Source: Salinispira sp. (GTDB lineage: Bacteria; Spirochaetota; Spirochaetia; DSM-27196; Salinispiraceae). Taken from it: a stretch of DNA of 64,000 nt. The notes under the pieces were generated by a model. The model ran no database searches. It was given only the letters and a program-made list of their open reading frames with translations, and was not told the origin of the DNA. The DNA lies in contig CBDDDG010000012.1 in the NCBI GenBank assembly GCA_965226555.1, positions 96,001 through 160,000 of the forward strand, given 5' to 3'. Shown here in pieces: positions 20,283 through 30,056 of the stretch; positions within the stretch are counted from its first letter, which is position 1, and each line of letters begins with the position of its first letter. Made by a program: the position numbers and the translations under genes.

Positions 20283-20783
20283 TGAAATGGACACTGAGGG
20301 GCTGAAAGAGATTGCGCAGCTCCTGAACGGTCTGTCTTCACAAGACTTTACTGATCTGGCAGAGAGTGTGTTAGGGTATATGAAAAATTTAGGACTGTAT
20401 GAACAGTTTGAGAAAATTGACAGGGAACTGTTCCCTGGAGGAGAAAACAGTATGCGGACATATAATATTACCAACCCCTTCATCAGGGAAGGCATGGAGA
20501 AAGGTATTCTGAAAGGCAGGGTTGAAGGTCTTGAGCAGGGTATCACAAAGGGCAGGCAGGAAGGACTGCGAACAGGTCGCGCTGAGGGGCATATTGAGGA
20601 GCGGAGAAAAAACGCCCGCAGTATGTTTTCCATAGGACTTTCAGCAGATGACGTTCGGAAGGTTACCGGGCTGAGCGATGAGGAAATGCAGACAGTGCGG
20701 AACGGATCGCATTAATTGACGTTGCTCCGCGTTGCTCGCCCGGGCATCCGGTTCGCCCCGCGCCGGGATCAGGTCAAATAGTA

Positions 20784-20810
20784 GAAAGTTTTGCATTTTG
20801 CAAAACTTTG
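20784..20810. repeat. Minimal 27-bp hairpin element
   Basis: TA-GAAAGTTTTGCATTTTGCAAAACTTTG-TA. Confidence 0.85.
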
Positions 20811-20908
20811 TAGTAATATCTTTCCATAAATTAACAATGTAATTTGACAACAATGAGTAAATTGTAGTATATTATAAGCTTATTCTATTATTCGAGTTAT
20901 GCCTATAT

Positions 20909-22369
20909 ATGTGTCCTGCAAGTACAATGTCTTCTCTGAGCGATTCGGAGAACAAAATACAATTTCCCAATATCCGATTTTATGATCAGGACTTTGTTGA
21001 AGCATATGATCAAACATGGAACTGGGTTGAAGATTGTTATTCAGACGAAATTAATATTTTTGGTGAGTTTCAGAAATTATTCATTGCTCCCGGGGCAAAC
21101 ACAATAAATTCGCTCGATGCCTGCTTTTCAACATTTTTTCTTGTCTACAGCAACACAATATATTCCAGCCTTCCTCAGTTAGATTTTTTTTACAGCCGTC
21201 AGGAGGAAAACGGTGCAATTCGAAGTACCTATTCCCTTGCGAGTACCGAACCGGTATTTTCCGATGACAATCCGGAATCCCTCGGCCTCCCGCTTTTTGC
21301 CTGGACTGAATACAATTTGTACCACAAACTGGGAAACAAACGGCGGATTCGCGAGGTAATGCCAATTCTTGAGGCATATTTTAGCTGGATCGCAAATAAT
21401 TTTAAAGACGAAAACGGCTTATATGCAACACCATTAGCCGCCACTGGCATGATCAATTCCCCCCGGAATGAAGCACGGTATTTTGTCGATTTTAACATGG
21501 TTCAGGCAATAAATGCCTTGTACATGAGCGAACTCGGTGATATTCTTAATGATAAGGAAATTACCTTCAGATACAAACAGCATTATTTTACCCTGAAAAC
21601 CCGAATAAATCAGAAAATGTGGTGTGAAGAAACCGGGTTTTATTTTGATGTAGATAAACATCAGAATAAACTGAATGTAAAAACCCTTGCAGCCTATTGG
21701 AGTCTTATTGCTGAGCTGCCGAATGATGCAAAATTTGAGCGTCTTTTTTCCTATCTGAAAGATCCGAATGTCTTTGGAACACCAAATCCCTTTCCTTCTC
21801 TTGCTGTTAACGAACCGGCTTTCAACAAAGATGGAAATGCCTACTGCGGTTCTGTGTTTCCGCATCTGACATTCATGGTTATAAAGGGTCTGGAAAAATA
21901 TTCCGGCTATGAGTTTGCCCGTTCTGCGAGCATCCGTCATCTCTATTATATTCTCGATGCCCTCCATCCTGAAGGAAATACGCAGGGAAACGTGTACGCT
22001 GCCTATAAGCCGACTGAAGAGGGCCCCGCGACATGGATAGATGATAAGCAGGGAGCGGTTGCCATGTATTTACCCTATGTCGGATTGTCGACAATATCGC
22101 TTATGATCGAAAACATTATTGGTCTGTACATAAGCTTACCGAGAAAAACCGTTGTCTGGATCGTTCCAACGCTTGAAAATATGGGAATTGAAAATCTTTC
22201 CCTGAAGAGAAATCTTATTACCATTCTCAGCAACAAGAGCAACAGAGGGTGGGAAGTACGGTTGGAAAGCGAAAAGTTATATTATTTTACAATTGATATT
22301 CTCAGCAAGAAACGAAAAACCCTGCCCATACCGAGCGGTAAGTGCTCCATACTTCTGGATAAACTATAG
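20909..22369 (+). CDS. Glycoside hydrolase of GH63/MGH1-like (alpha/alpha)6 type
   Basis: GMINSPR, INQKMW.EETGFYFD, PSLA..EP.F...G.AYCGSVFP. Confidence 0.7.
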   Translation: MCPASTMSSLSDSENKIQFPNIRFYDQDFVEAYDQTWNWVEDCYSDEINIFGEFQKLFIAPGANTINSLDACFSTFFLVYSNTIYSSLPQLDFFYSRQEENGAIRSTYSLASTEPVFSDDNPESLGLPLFAWTEYNLYHKLGNKRRIREVMPILEAYFSWIANNFKDENGLYATPLAATGMINSPRNEARYFVDFNMVQAINALYMSELGDILNDKEITFRYKQHYFTLKTRINQKMWCEETGFYFDVDKHQNKLNVKTLAAYWSLIAELPNDAKFERLFSYLKDPNVFGTPNPFPSLAVNEPAFNKDGNAYCGSVFPHLTFMVIKGLEKYSGYEFARSASIRHLYYILDALHPEGNTQGNVYAAYKPTEEGPATWIDDKQGAVAMYLPYVGLSTISLMIENIIGLYISLPRKTVVWIVPTLENMGIENLSLKRNLITILSNKSNRGWEVRLESEKLYYFTIDILSKKRKTLPIPSGKCSILLDKL

Positions 22370-22449
22370 AACCCCCCGGTACGTTTCAAAGTGCATGGGT
22401 TGAATTCACCCTATCTTGACTTTTCCTCTATCAATGTATACAAACAATC

Positions 22450-22722
22450 ATGGACAAACGGGAACTGGAAATTACCGCTGAACTTGCGGATATTGAGTTG
22501 AGCGATTCTGACATTGGACGTTTTACTCAGGCAGTTGAACAGATGATACAGCACTTTGAGGTAATGGCGGGTGTTGATGTTGATGATCATGTATCTGATG
22601 CTCGGCCTGTGGGGCATGCTCTTCGTGAAGACAGGGCGCATAAGTCGGTAATGAACGATGCGATTATTGATCAGTCGCCGGAACATGAAGACCGGTACAT
22701 TATTATTCCCAATGTCCTGTAG
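22450..22722 (+). CDS. gatC: Asp/Glu-tRNA amidotransferase subunit C
   Basis: LREDR...Q.PE....YIIIPNVL; precedes gatA. Confidence 0.9.
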   Translation: MDKRELEITAELADIELSDSDIGRFTQAVEQMIQHFEVMAGVDVDDHVSDARPVGHALREDRAHKSVMNDAIIDQSPEHEDRYIIIPNVL

Positions 22723-22725
22723 GTT

Positions 22726-24252
22726 TTGGTGAGCGCGACTATGAAATTGTGGAAATCTTGTACAGCCGATAATCTCGCAGAATACGAAGCCTTTGTGAAG
22801 GAACTGGATGCCCGCATCGGCGCCTTTCTGTATTTTGATGCGAAGCAGGGCGTTGAAATGAGCATGAAAGCCGCCGCCGCCGACCCCCCCGCCGACCCCG
22901 ACTCGCGCGGCACTCTCGGCGCCCCCGACGACCCCGACTCGCGCGGCACTCTCGGCGCCCCCGACCCCCTCTGCGGACTACCCTTCGCGGTGAAGGACAA
23001 CATCGCTGTCCGCTCCATGCCCCTCACCTGCGGGTCAAAATTTCTAGAAAATTACATTTCACCCTATAACGCAACGGTCATTGAGCGCCTCCGTGCGCGG
23101 GGGGCGGTACCGGTCGGCAAGACAAATCTCGATGAATTCGGCATGGGATCATCCACCGATAATTCGGCATTGCAGCAGACGAATAATCCCTGGGATGAGG
23201 AACGGGTCAGCGGTGGTTCATCCGGCGGTTCGGCTGCGGCTGCGGCTGCGGGTATGGTTCCGTTTGCACTTGGTTCGGATACCGGAGGATCGGTACGGCA
23301 GCCCGCAGCCTTCTGCGGAATTTATGGTCTGAAACCAACCTATGCCTCAGTGAGCCGTTACGGCCTCGTTGCCTACGCCTCCTCGCTCGATGTTATTGGT
23401 GTACTTTCGGGAAATCTGGATCTGACTCGCGTGGTTTTTGAAGCAATTCGCGGGCAGGACAACATGGATCAGAGCTCGCTGACCGTCCATGCCATCCACG
23501 ATCTTTCCCGGGCCCTTCCAAAGAATTTTCCAATGAAAAAATCCGGAATACGGTCAATCGGTTTCCTGAAAGGTGAACGCGGTTTAAGCGATGAGGTTGC
23601 TGAGGCATACACGGGCACAGTAGACTACCTGAAAAAAAGCGGATATGAACTCTGCGGTATTGAACTGCCGAGTGTTGAATATGCGGCATCCGTGTATCAT
23701 ATAATTGCTGCTGCGGAAGCAAGTTCCAACCTTGCCCGGTTTAACGGCATTCGTTACGGCAACCGGCCTGCCTATGCCGAAAATCCGGATGACCTCGTGC
23801 GGAAGGCGCGAAATGCCGGTTTCGGCAATGAGGTGAAACTGAGAATACTCCTGGGAACATATGTGCTTCGTTCGGGGTTTCAGGATAAGTATTATCAAAA
23901 GGCTCAGAACATACGGAGAAAAATGCGTCAGAACTTTAACGATATGTTTTCTCAGGTCGATGTCTTACTTATGCCGGTTTTTCCAACTCAGGCATTTCCT
24001 CATAAGGGACAGGACAATTTTCAGCAGCGCCTTTCTGACCGCTTTACTGCGCTGGCCAATCTTACCGGAGTTCCGGCGCTGTCCTGTCCTGCCGGGCTGA
24101 AAAATGGTCTGCCCTGCGCGGTACAATGCCTCGCGCCCGCATTTCATGAGCATCTCCTCTTTGAAATAGCGGGAGAATTGCAGAAAGAATTTCCGGTTCC
24201 GGGAATTCCCAATGATTCCTTTGCTGATTTTGCCGATGCGGCTAAATTCTGA
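22726..24252 (+). CDS. gatA: Asp/Glu-tRNA amidotransferase subunit A (start may be 22729 or 22741)
   Basis: GKTNLDEFGMGSST, GGSSGGSA, GSDTGGSVRQPA, SSNLARFNGIRYG. Confidence 0.96.
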   Translation: MVSATMKLWKSCTADNLAEYEAFVKELDARIGAFLYFDAKQGVEMSMKAAAADPPADPDSRGTLGAPDDPDSRGTLGAPDPLCGLPFAVKDNIAVRSMPLTCGSKFLENYISPYNATVIERLRARGAVPVGKTNLDEFGMGSSTDNSALQQTNNPWDEERVSGGSSGGSAAAAAAGMVPFALGSDTGGSVRQPAAFCGIYGLKPTYASVSRYGLVAYASSLDVIGVLSGNLDLTRVVFEAIRGQDNMDQSSLTVHAIHDLSRALPKNFPMKKSGIRSIGFLKGERGLSDEVAEAYTGTVDYLKKSGYELCGIELPSVEYAASVYHIIAAAEASSNLARFNGIRYGNRPAYAENPDDLVRKARNAGFGNEVKLRILLGTYVLRSGFQDKYYQKAQNIRRKMRQNFNDMFSQVDVLLMPVFPTQAFPHKGQDNFQQRLSDRFTALANLTGVPALSCPAGLKNGLPCAVQCLAPAFHEHLLFEIAGELQKEFPVPGIPNDSFADFADAAKF

Positions 24253-24286
24253 CACGAACAACCGAAAAATTGGAGTAAAACATACA

Positions 24287-25765
24287 ATGTATCAGGCATT
24301 TATCGGACTGGAAATACACATTCAACTCAAATCGGAATCAAAAATCTTCTGTGCCTGCAGAAATTCCTTCGGCGATGAACCAAATACCAATATCTGCCCG
24401 ACATGCATGGGACTTCCCGGCACCCTGCCTGTTCTCAACGGAGAAGCCATGCTGAAATCGTACCTGCTTGCGCAGGCGCTTGGCTGCGAGCTCGCTGAAG
24501 AATGCTTTTTCGAACGCAAGAACTATTTTTACCCCGATCTGCCGAAGAATTACCAAATTTCTCAGTTTGAGCAGCCACTTGGCACAAAGGGTCATATCTA
24601 TATCGATATTGATGGTCAGAAAAAACGCATTACAATTCGGGAATGTCACCTTGAAGAGGATGCGGGTAAAATGATCCATACTGGCGATGTCAGTCTGCTG
24701 GATTACAACCGCACCGGCACCCCGCTTATTGAGATAGTTACCGAACCCGACATGGAAAAACCCGAGGAAGCTGAAATTCTCATTCATGAGCTGCGCCGCA
24801 TTGTCCGTTACATGGGCTTGAGCGATGGAAACATGGAGGAGGGATCACTTCGGGCAGATGCAAATGTTTCTGTGAACCATTCCGGTCAGGGGCTCGGCAG
24901 TAAGGTGGAAATAAAAAACCTCAATTCATCCCGTTTTGTGAAAAAAAGCCTGAGTTATGAGATACAGCGGCAGCAGAGCATTCTCGATAGCGCGGCTCCC
25001 GTTATACAGGAAACGAGGCTCTGGAATGAAAACAGAGATCAGACAGAGAGCATGCGTGTGAAAGAAAATTCAAACGATTATCGGTACTTCCCCGATCCTG
25101 ATCTTCCCCGGTTTTATGCCGATGAGGATTTTCTGAAAACGGTGCATGCCTTTCACGTTGAACTTCCCCTTCCCCGGCGTGAACGCTTCATACAGGACTA
25201 TTCCCTCACACGGGAACAGGCTGCCTTTCTCTGCGAGGAAAGGCCGCTTGCCGATTATTTTGAAACATGCCTGAAGCTGAATGCCGACCCCCAGCAGGTA
25301 GCGGTATGGCTTGCCTCCGATGTTCAGAAAGAACTGAACCGTAATGCTGTTGCCCTTTTCGACTCCCCGCTCAGCCCGCAGCGTCTGGTTGCGATACTTG
25401 ATCTCCTGCAAAGCGGCAGAATTCACGGGAGAATTGCCAAACAGGTACTTACTGCCGTTTTTCAGGAAAATAAGGACCCTGTAGACATTATCCGTGAGAA
25501 GAATTTAGAGCAAATAGTCGATTCCGGTGAAATTGATACGCTCATACAGACGGTGATGACGGAGAATCCTCATGTTCTGAAAGAACAGGATACAACAAAG
25601 GTTCGTAAATTTCTCATGGGTAAAGTTATGCAGAAAAGCTCAGGACGCGTTGACCCCCGGCTCGCTCAGGAAGGCCTTGAACGCGCCCTTACAGACCGCG
25701 CCCACACAGACCGCACAGAGCACGCAGACCGCGCCCGCCCGGAGCGCGCAGGATCAGAAAGATGA
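24287..25765 (+). CDS. gatB: Asp/Glu-tRNA amidotransferase subunit B
   Basis: IGLEIH, RKNYFYPDLPKNYQISQ, HLEEDAGK, DYRYFPDPDLP. Confidence 0.97.
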   Translation: MYQAFIGLEIHIQLKSESKIFCACRNSFGDEPNTNICPTCMGLPGTLPVLNGEAMLKSYLLAQALGCELAEECFFERKNYFYPDLPKNYQISQFEQPLGTKGHIYIDIDGQKKRITIRECHLEEDAGKMIHTGDVSLLDYNRTGTPLIEIVTEPDMEKPEEAEILIHELRRIVRYMGLSDGNMEEGSLRADANVSVNHSGQGLGSKVEIKNLNSSRFVKKSLSYEIQRQQSILDSAAPVIQETRLWNENRDQTESMRVKENSNDYRYFPDPDLPRFYADEDFLKTVHAFHVELPLPRRERFIQDYSLTREQAAFLCEERPLADYFETCLKLNADPQQVAVWLASDVQKELNRNAVALFDSPLSPQRLVAILDLLQSGRIHGRIAKQVLTAVFQENKDPVDIIREKNLEQIVDSGEIDTLIQTVMTENPHVLKEQDTTKVRKFLMGKVMQKSSGRVDPRLAQEGLERALTDRAHTDRTEHADRARPERAGSER

Positions 25766-27039
25766 TGAAACGGACATTGGCCCGGGAATTACCGGCGGCA
25801 GCGGGCAGGCAGGTTACTGTTTCCGGGTGGGTACATCGCATTCGGGAACTTGGAGCGGTAAATTTTATTCTTCTCCGCGACCGCAGCGGGATTATGCAGT
25901 TGGTTCTGAATGATGCGCATGAAATTACCCTTGAATCGGTTCTTGAGGTACGGGGAACTGTTCAGAAAAACGATAAGGCGCCGTCCGGCTTTGAGCTGGC
26001 GGTGGAAAAGCTTACTGTTCTGTCCGCAGCGGCGCCGGATATTACCTTCCCGGTGAATCAGAACCCCGACAAGGCGGGCTTAGATGCCCTGCTCGATAAT
26101 CGGATGATCAGCTTGAGAAACCCCAAAGTACTCAATATTTTTCGCATTCAAAGCAGCATCATCCACTATTTTCAGGAATATCTCCGAAAAGAAGACTTTA
26201 CCGAGATAAAAACGAGCAAGCTCATTGGTTCCGGCACCGAGGGCGGAACCGGACTTTTTGAGGTGAACTACTTCGACAGCACACTTTTTCTCGCCCAGAG
26301 CCCCCAGTTTTATAAGCAGGCCATGATTGCCAGCGGACTTGAGCGGGTGTTTGAAGTTGCCCCTGCCTACCGCGCAGAGAAACACGATACCCCGCGGCAC
26401 CTCAATGAGTATGTATCGCTCGATGTCGAAATGGCATACATACGCGATGAAACCGATCTCATGGATCTGGAATGCGGTATTCTCAGCGCCATTTTCACCG
26501 GTTTGCGGAACGAACACGGCAAAATTCTTGCGGAATATGATGCAGCATTACCAGACCCTGAAACTATTCATGCCATTCCCCGCCTTGCCCATGAAGAAGC
26601 CCGGGCTATTGTTTCGAAAAAAAAGGGACAAAAGGTGTTTGAGATTAACCCTGAAGGCGAGCGCCTTCTATGCGCCTGGGCGCAGGAAGAACATGGCATT
26701 GATGCCGTATTCATTCAGTCCTTTCCCCGCAGAAAACGCCCCTTTTACACATATCCCGATGGCCGGAAGACAAAAAGCTTCGACCTCATTTTTCGCGGGC
26801 TGGAAATTACCACCGGCGGTCAGCGCATTAACGACTACCCTATGATGCTGGAAACACTGCCGGCCTTCGGACTCAGTGAAAGCGGTCTCGGTGCCTATAT
26901 GGATATTTTCCGGTTCGGCTGCCCGCCCCATGGAGGCTTCGCTATTGGACTTGAGCGGCTTACCCAGAAAATTCTGGGTCTTTCAAACGTTAAGGAAGCC
27001 AGCCTGTTTCCCCGCGATAGAAAGCGGGTGAGTCCCTGA
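25762..27039 (+). CDS. aspS: Aspartate--tRNA(Asp/Asn) ligase, short non-discriminating type
   Basis: LAQSPQFYKQ, YRAEKHDTPRHLNEY, PPHGGFAIGLERL, FPRD; 425 aa; follows gatCAB. Confidence 0.9.
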   Translation: MMKRTLARELPAAAGRQVTVSGWVHRIRELGAVNFILLRDRSGIMQLVLNDAHEITLESVLEVRGTVQKNDKAPSGFELAVEKLTVLSAAAPDITFPVNQNPDKAGLDALLDNRMISLRNPKVLNIFRIQSSIIHYFQEYLRKEDFTEIKTSKLIGSGTEGGTGLFEVNYFDSTLFLAQSPQFYKQAMIASGLERVFEVAPAYRAEKHDTPRHLNEYVSLDVEMAYIRDETDLMDLECGILSAIFTGLRNEHGKILAEYDAALPDPETIHAIPRLAHEEARAIVSKKKGQKVFEINPEGERLLCAWAQEEHGIDAVFIQSFPRRKRPFYTYPDGRKTKSFDLIFRGLEITTGGQRINDYPMMLETLPAFGLSESGLGAYMDIFRFGCPPHGGFAIGLERLTQKILGLSNVKEASLFPRDRKRVSP

Positions 27040-27133
27040 CAGCTAAGTCCTGACGCAGTGTTACAATTGGCGGGAGAATGTCGTTGTCAGTCTGGACTGA
27101 AGGAACAATACTTAGTTCTGGAGGTGGTGATAT

Positions 27134-27709
27134 ATGAAAACCGCAGATATAGTTTTTAAAGAAAGAAAATCCCGGGCATGGACGCAGGAATATCTATCTA
27201 TAATATCGGGAGTAAGTATTCGGACCATTCAAAGAATTGAAGCAGGTTCCGAACCATCTTTTGAAACGGCATTGGCTCTGGCAGCCGGATTTAACATTGA
27301 TGTCAACAGCTTGTTCAGCGAAGAAAAAACACTTCGAAAACATGTGCGCCTGACTGGTATATTGGCTCTTATATTCATATTTCCTCCATTTTATTTCGCC
27401 TTTTCTGCCATTCTTGCATACCGGTTTGGCATTGATCTGTTTTATCGGGTATTCGCGCTAATGCAGATAAGTGAGATGGGGGCAGTTTTGTTCCATCGGC
27501 TTTCACCGATAGTGTTCATTGGCTGCGGCGTAATCGCCCTTTTTTTTGCTGCCTATACCGGAGTTATGATTGCCAAACCACAAAGAATTAACGAAAGTTA
27601 TACGGGTGTGGTATCAATATATCTCAACAGATCATTGATAATGCTCATCCCCCTTGCTCTGTGTATTATTACAGCGGCTACATTTTTTCTTTATGCCTTG
27701 GCTGAGTGA
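27134..27709 (+). CDS. XRE-type HTH protein with transmembrane segments
   Basis: WTQEYLS..SGVSIRTIQRIEAG, then three hydrophobic stretches. Confidence 0.8.
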   Translation: MKTADIVFKERKSRAWTQEYLSIISGVSIRTIQRIEAGSEPSFETALALAAGFNIDVNSLFSEEKTLRKHVRLTGILALIFIFPPFYFAFSAILAYRFGIDLFYRVFALMQISEMGAVLFHRLSPIVFIGCGVIALFFAAYTGVMIAKPQRINESYTGVVSIYLNRSLIMLIPLALCIITAATFFLYALAE

Positions 27710-28617
27710 CCAATACTGATCTTCTTGAGTTTTTCAAGGGTTTCATCAATTTTGGTGAGATCGATTGGGAGAATGATCTCGGTGCTTTCCTTCGCAAGCG
27801 ATTTCATTGATCGTACATAGTCTTCCATAATTTGGAGATGAAGGGCGTCATCGCCGCCGTCAACTGAAATGGCCTTCGCAAGCACACGGATGCTTTCGGC
27901 TGTTGCCGCTGCAATGGAAAGTATTTCCGCAGCCCGGCCGTTTGCCTCGTTAATAAGCTGTTCCTTCACACCCTCACTGCGGTTAATGTTTTCCTGCATC
28001 ATCCCGAGGCTGGCATTCACCTTGGAAGCGCGAATTCCTTCCGACTTTGCAATAACTGCCCGTTTTTCACGGTCGGCGCGCATCTGCACTTCCATTGCCT
28101 GAAGAATGTCCGTGGGTACCGTAATATCCTTTATTTCATACCGGGTAATCTTTACGCCCCATGGGTCGGTGGCTTCATCAACATCTTTGAGAATGGAGGC
28201 ATTTATCTTTTCCCGTTCTTCAAAGGTTGTGTCTAGATCAAGCCTGCCGATTACCGAGCGCATGGTTGTCTGGGCAAGATAAATAATTGCAAGCTGATAA
28301 TTCGCAATGCCGTAACTTGCCTTGTATGGATCAAAAACCTGAAAATATAAAATGCCATCGACGGTAATGCGGATATTATCTTTTGTGAAGCAGCTCTGGC
28401 TGGGAACATCCAGCGCCTGTTCCTTGAGCGAGTGGCTGTATCGCACCTTGTCAATAAAGGGAACAAGCAGGTGTATACCGGCATCCAGAGACTTTGCATA
28501 TTTTCCAAGACGTTCAACAACTCTGACAGTTCTGGACGGAATAATCTGTATTCCCTTCAGTACCGCTATAAAAAGAATGAGGAGAAATCCTCCCAAAAAT
28601 AAAAATAGAGTGCTCAT
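27691..28617 (-). CDS. SPFH/stomatin-like protein
   Basis: VVERLGKY, TKDN, LAQTTMRSVIG, WGVKITRYEIKDI. Confidence 0.92.
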   Translation of the reverse strand: MSTLFLFLGGFLLILFIAVLKGIQIIPSRTVRVVERLGKYAKSLDAGIHLLVPFIDKVRYSHSLKEQALDVPSQSCFTKDNIRITVDGILYFQVFDPYKASYGIANYQLAIIYLAQTTMRSVIGRLDLDTTFEEREKINASILKDVDEATDPWGVKITRYEIKDITVPTDILQAMEVQMRADREKRAVIAKSEGIRASKVNASLGMMQENINRSEGVKEQLINEANGRAAEILSIAAATAESIRVLAKAISVDGGDDALHLQIMEDYVRSMKSLAKESTEIILPIDLTKIDETLEKLKKISIGHSAKA

Positions 28618-29594
28618 AGGTTTCTCCCGTGTGTTTTTGTGGTGGTCGTTTTTGTGGCAGGTGTTTCAGATGATCCCTGAGAAAAGGCAGTGGAAATTAC
28701 CGATCGGATTTGTGCCAGATCGTAGGGCATGACAGATGTTTTGGAATTGGAGAGAATTTCTTCGAGCTGACGGACAAACTGATTTGTGAGGCGAAGATTG
28801 ACCGCCTTATCGCCGTTTGGCTGCCGAATTGCGCCGGCAACCTCTTTCAGCCCCTCTGCCGTTGCTGTTGCGACAATGCGGATCGCCTCTGCGCGGCCAT
28901 GTGCTTCATTTATCTGCTTTTCCCGGTTACCCTGCGATATGTTTATCGATTCTTCCTTATCGCCGCGGGAAATGTTTATGCGGCCTTCCTTGCTGCCTTC
29001 CGATTCTAAAATTTCCGCCCGTTTTTCCCGCTCTGCCCGAACCTGAGCTTCCATGGCATCAATAATGGGGTTGTCGGGCGTAATGTCTTTTATCTCATAA
29101 CGGGTAACCTTTATTCCCCAGGGGTCAGATGCCTCATCCACGGTTTTGACAATGGCATTGTTCATTATTTCCCGCTCGGAAAAGGTTTTATCGAGATCCA
29201 AACGTCCAATTTCACTCCGCATATTGGACTGCGCAAGCTGTGAAGACGCAAAGCGGTAGTTGTCGATACCATAGCTTGCCTTCACCGGATCCATTACTTT
29301 CAGATAGAGAACACCATCGACCGTAACCTGCACATTGTCCTTTGTTATACAGACCTGCGGCGGCACATCAATAACATCTTCCTTCAGACTGTGCTTGTCG
29401 ACAATTCGCTGTATGCCGGGGATAAACAGATGGAATCCGGGACCGAGGGTTTTCTGAAATTTCCCCAGAAATTCCACAACCCATGCCTGCTGTTCCGGCA
29501 CAATTTTCAACAGATTAAAAAAGATACCGAAAACAACAGCAATGAGGCCAATGTTTATGAAAAAGCCAACAATATTTGTGTTAAACACATTCAT
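28614..29594 (-). CDS. SPFH/stomatin-like protein
   Basis: ITKDNVQVTVDG, WGIKVTRYEIKDI, AEREKRA. Confidence 0.92.
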   Translation of the reverse strand: MNVFNTNIVGFFINIGLIAVVFGIFFNLLKIVPEQQAWVVEFLGKFQKTLGPGFHLFIPGIQRIVDKHSLKEDVIDVPPQVCITKDNVQVTVDGVLYLKVMDPVKASYGIDNYRFASSQLAQSNMRSEIGRLDLDKTFSEREIMNNAIVKTVDEASDPWGIKVTRYEIKDITPDNPIIDAMEAQVRAEREKRAEILESEGSKEGRINISRGDKEESINISQGNREKQINEAHGRAEAIRIVATATAEGLKEVAGAIRQPNGDKAVNLRLTNQFVRQLEEILSNSKTSVMPYDLAQIRSVISTAFSQGSSETPATKTTTTKTHGRNL

Positions 29595-29663
29595 ACTCCT
29601 TTGGGAAGCTCTGGAAACACGGGTATTTCACACTGTATCGCGGAAATAGCGTTTTTTTAAGCT

Positions 29664-29960
29664 TCACTGTGATCCAGTATTATCAAAAAATAAGTATATG
29701 TCAAGCACTTTTTCTCTGCTATTTTCATGGCCGTTTTCCCGGGCGTTTTTCTGAAATGCTCGAATGTCATCTTCACTGAGATTGGTTAACTCATGAATAA
29801 TATCCATTGATATGCCCTTCCTGAGCATTTGAATACCTGCTCACGTTGGGTTCGATCATGTTCACGCTGGAGATCAGCACGCCCCTGCTCAACACCTGCT
29901 CAACACCTGCCAGAAATGGCTTATCGAAAAGGTCTACCAACATAGTTTTTGCCTCCTCAG
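29664..29960 (-). pseudogene. Orphan Rpn C-terminal (RpnS-like) remnant with two frameshifts
   Basis: GAGGAGG-CAAAAACT-ATG at 29943; pieces read MLVDLFDKPFLAGVEQ / GRADLQREHDRTQREQV / QMLRKGISMDIIHELTNLSEDDIRAFQKN, similar to the copy 4 tail. Confidence 0.7.
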
Positions 29961-30056
29961 GATGTACCAGCCGGCTGCATGGCGAGCAACGCGGAGCGCG
30001 ACCAGCCCTGCGGGAGTTGGAGCGCGGGGCCTTAATAGCCCCTACGGGCTATAAAA

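Larger units (their letters stand above)
19470..20715 (+). pseudogene. Rpn/YhgA-like copy 3; two mini-element insertions and Asp->Ala; C-terminal mini-ORF 20452-20715 intact
   Basis: Insertions at 19720-19846 and 20180-20282 relative to copy 2; GCT at 19662-19664. Confidence 0.9.

Noticed and set aside
16200..20715. Diversity-generating retroelement behind Rpn variation
   Set aside because: No reverse transcriptase in the window, and differences are block swaps not confined to adenines.
22450..27039. Short AspRS clustered with gatCAB
   Set aside because: Well-known indirect Asn-tRNA pathway.
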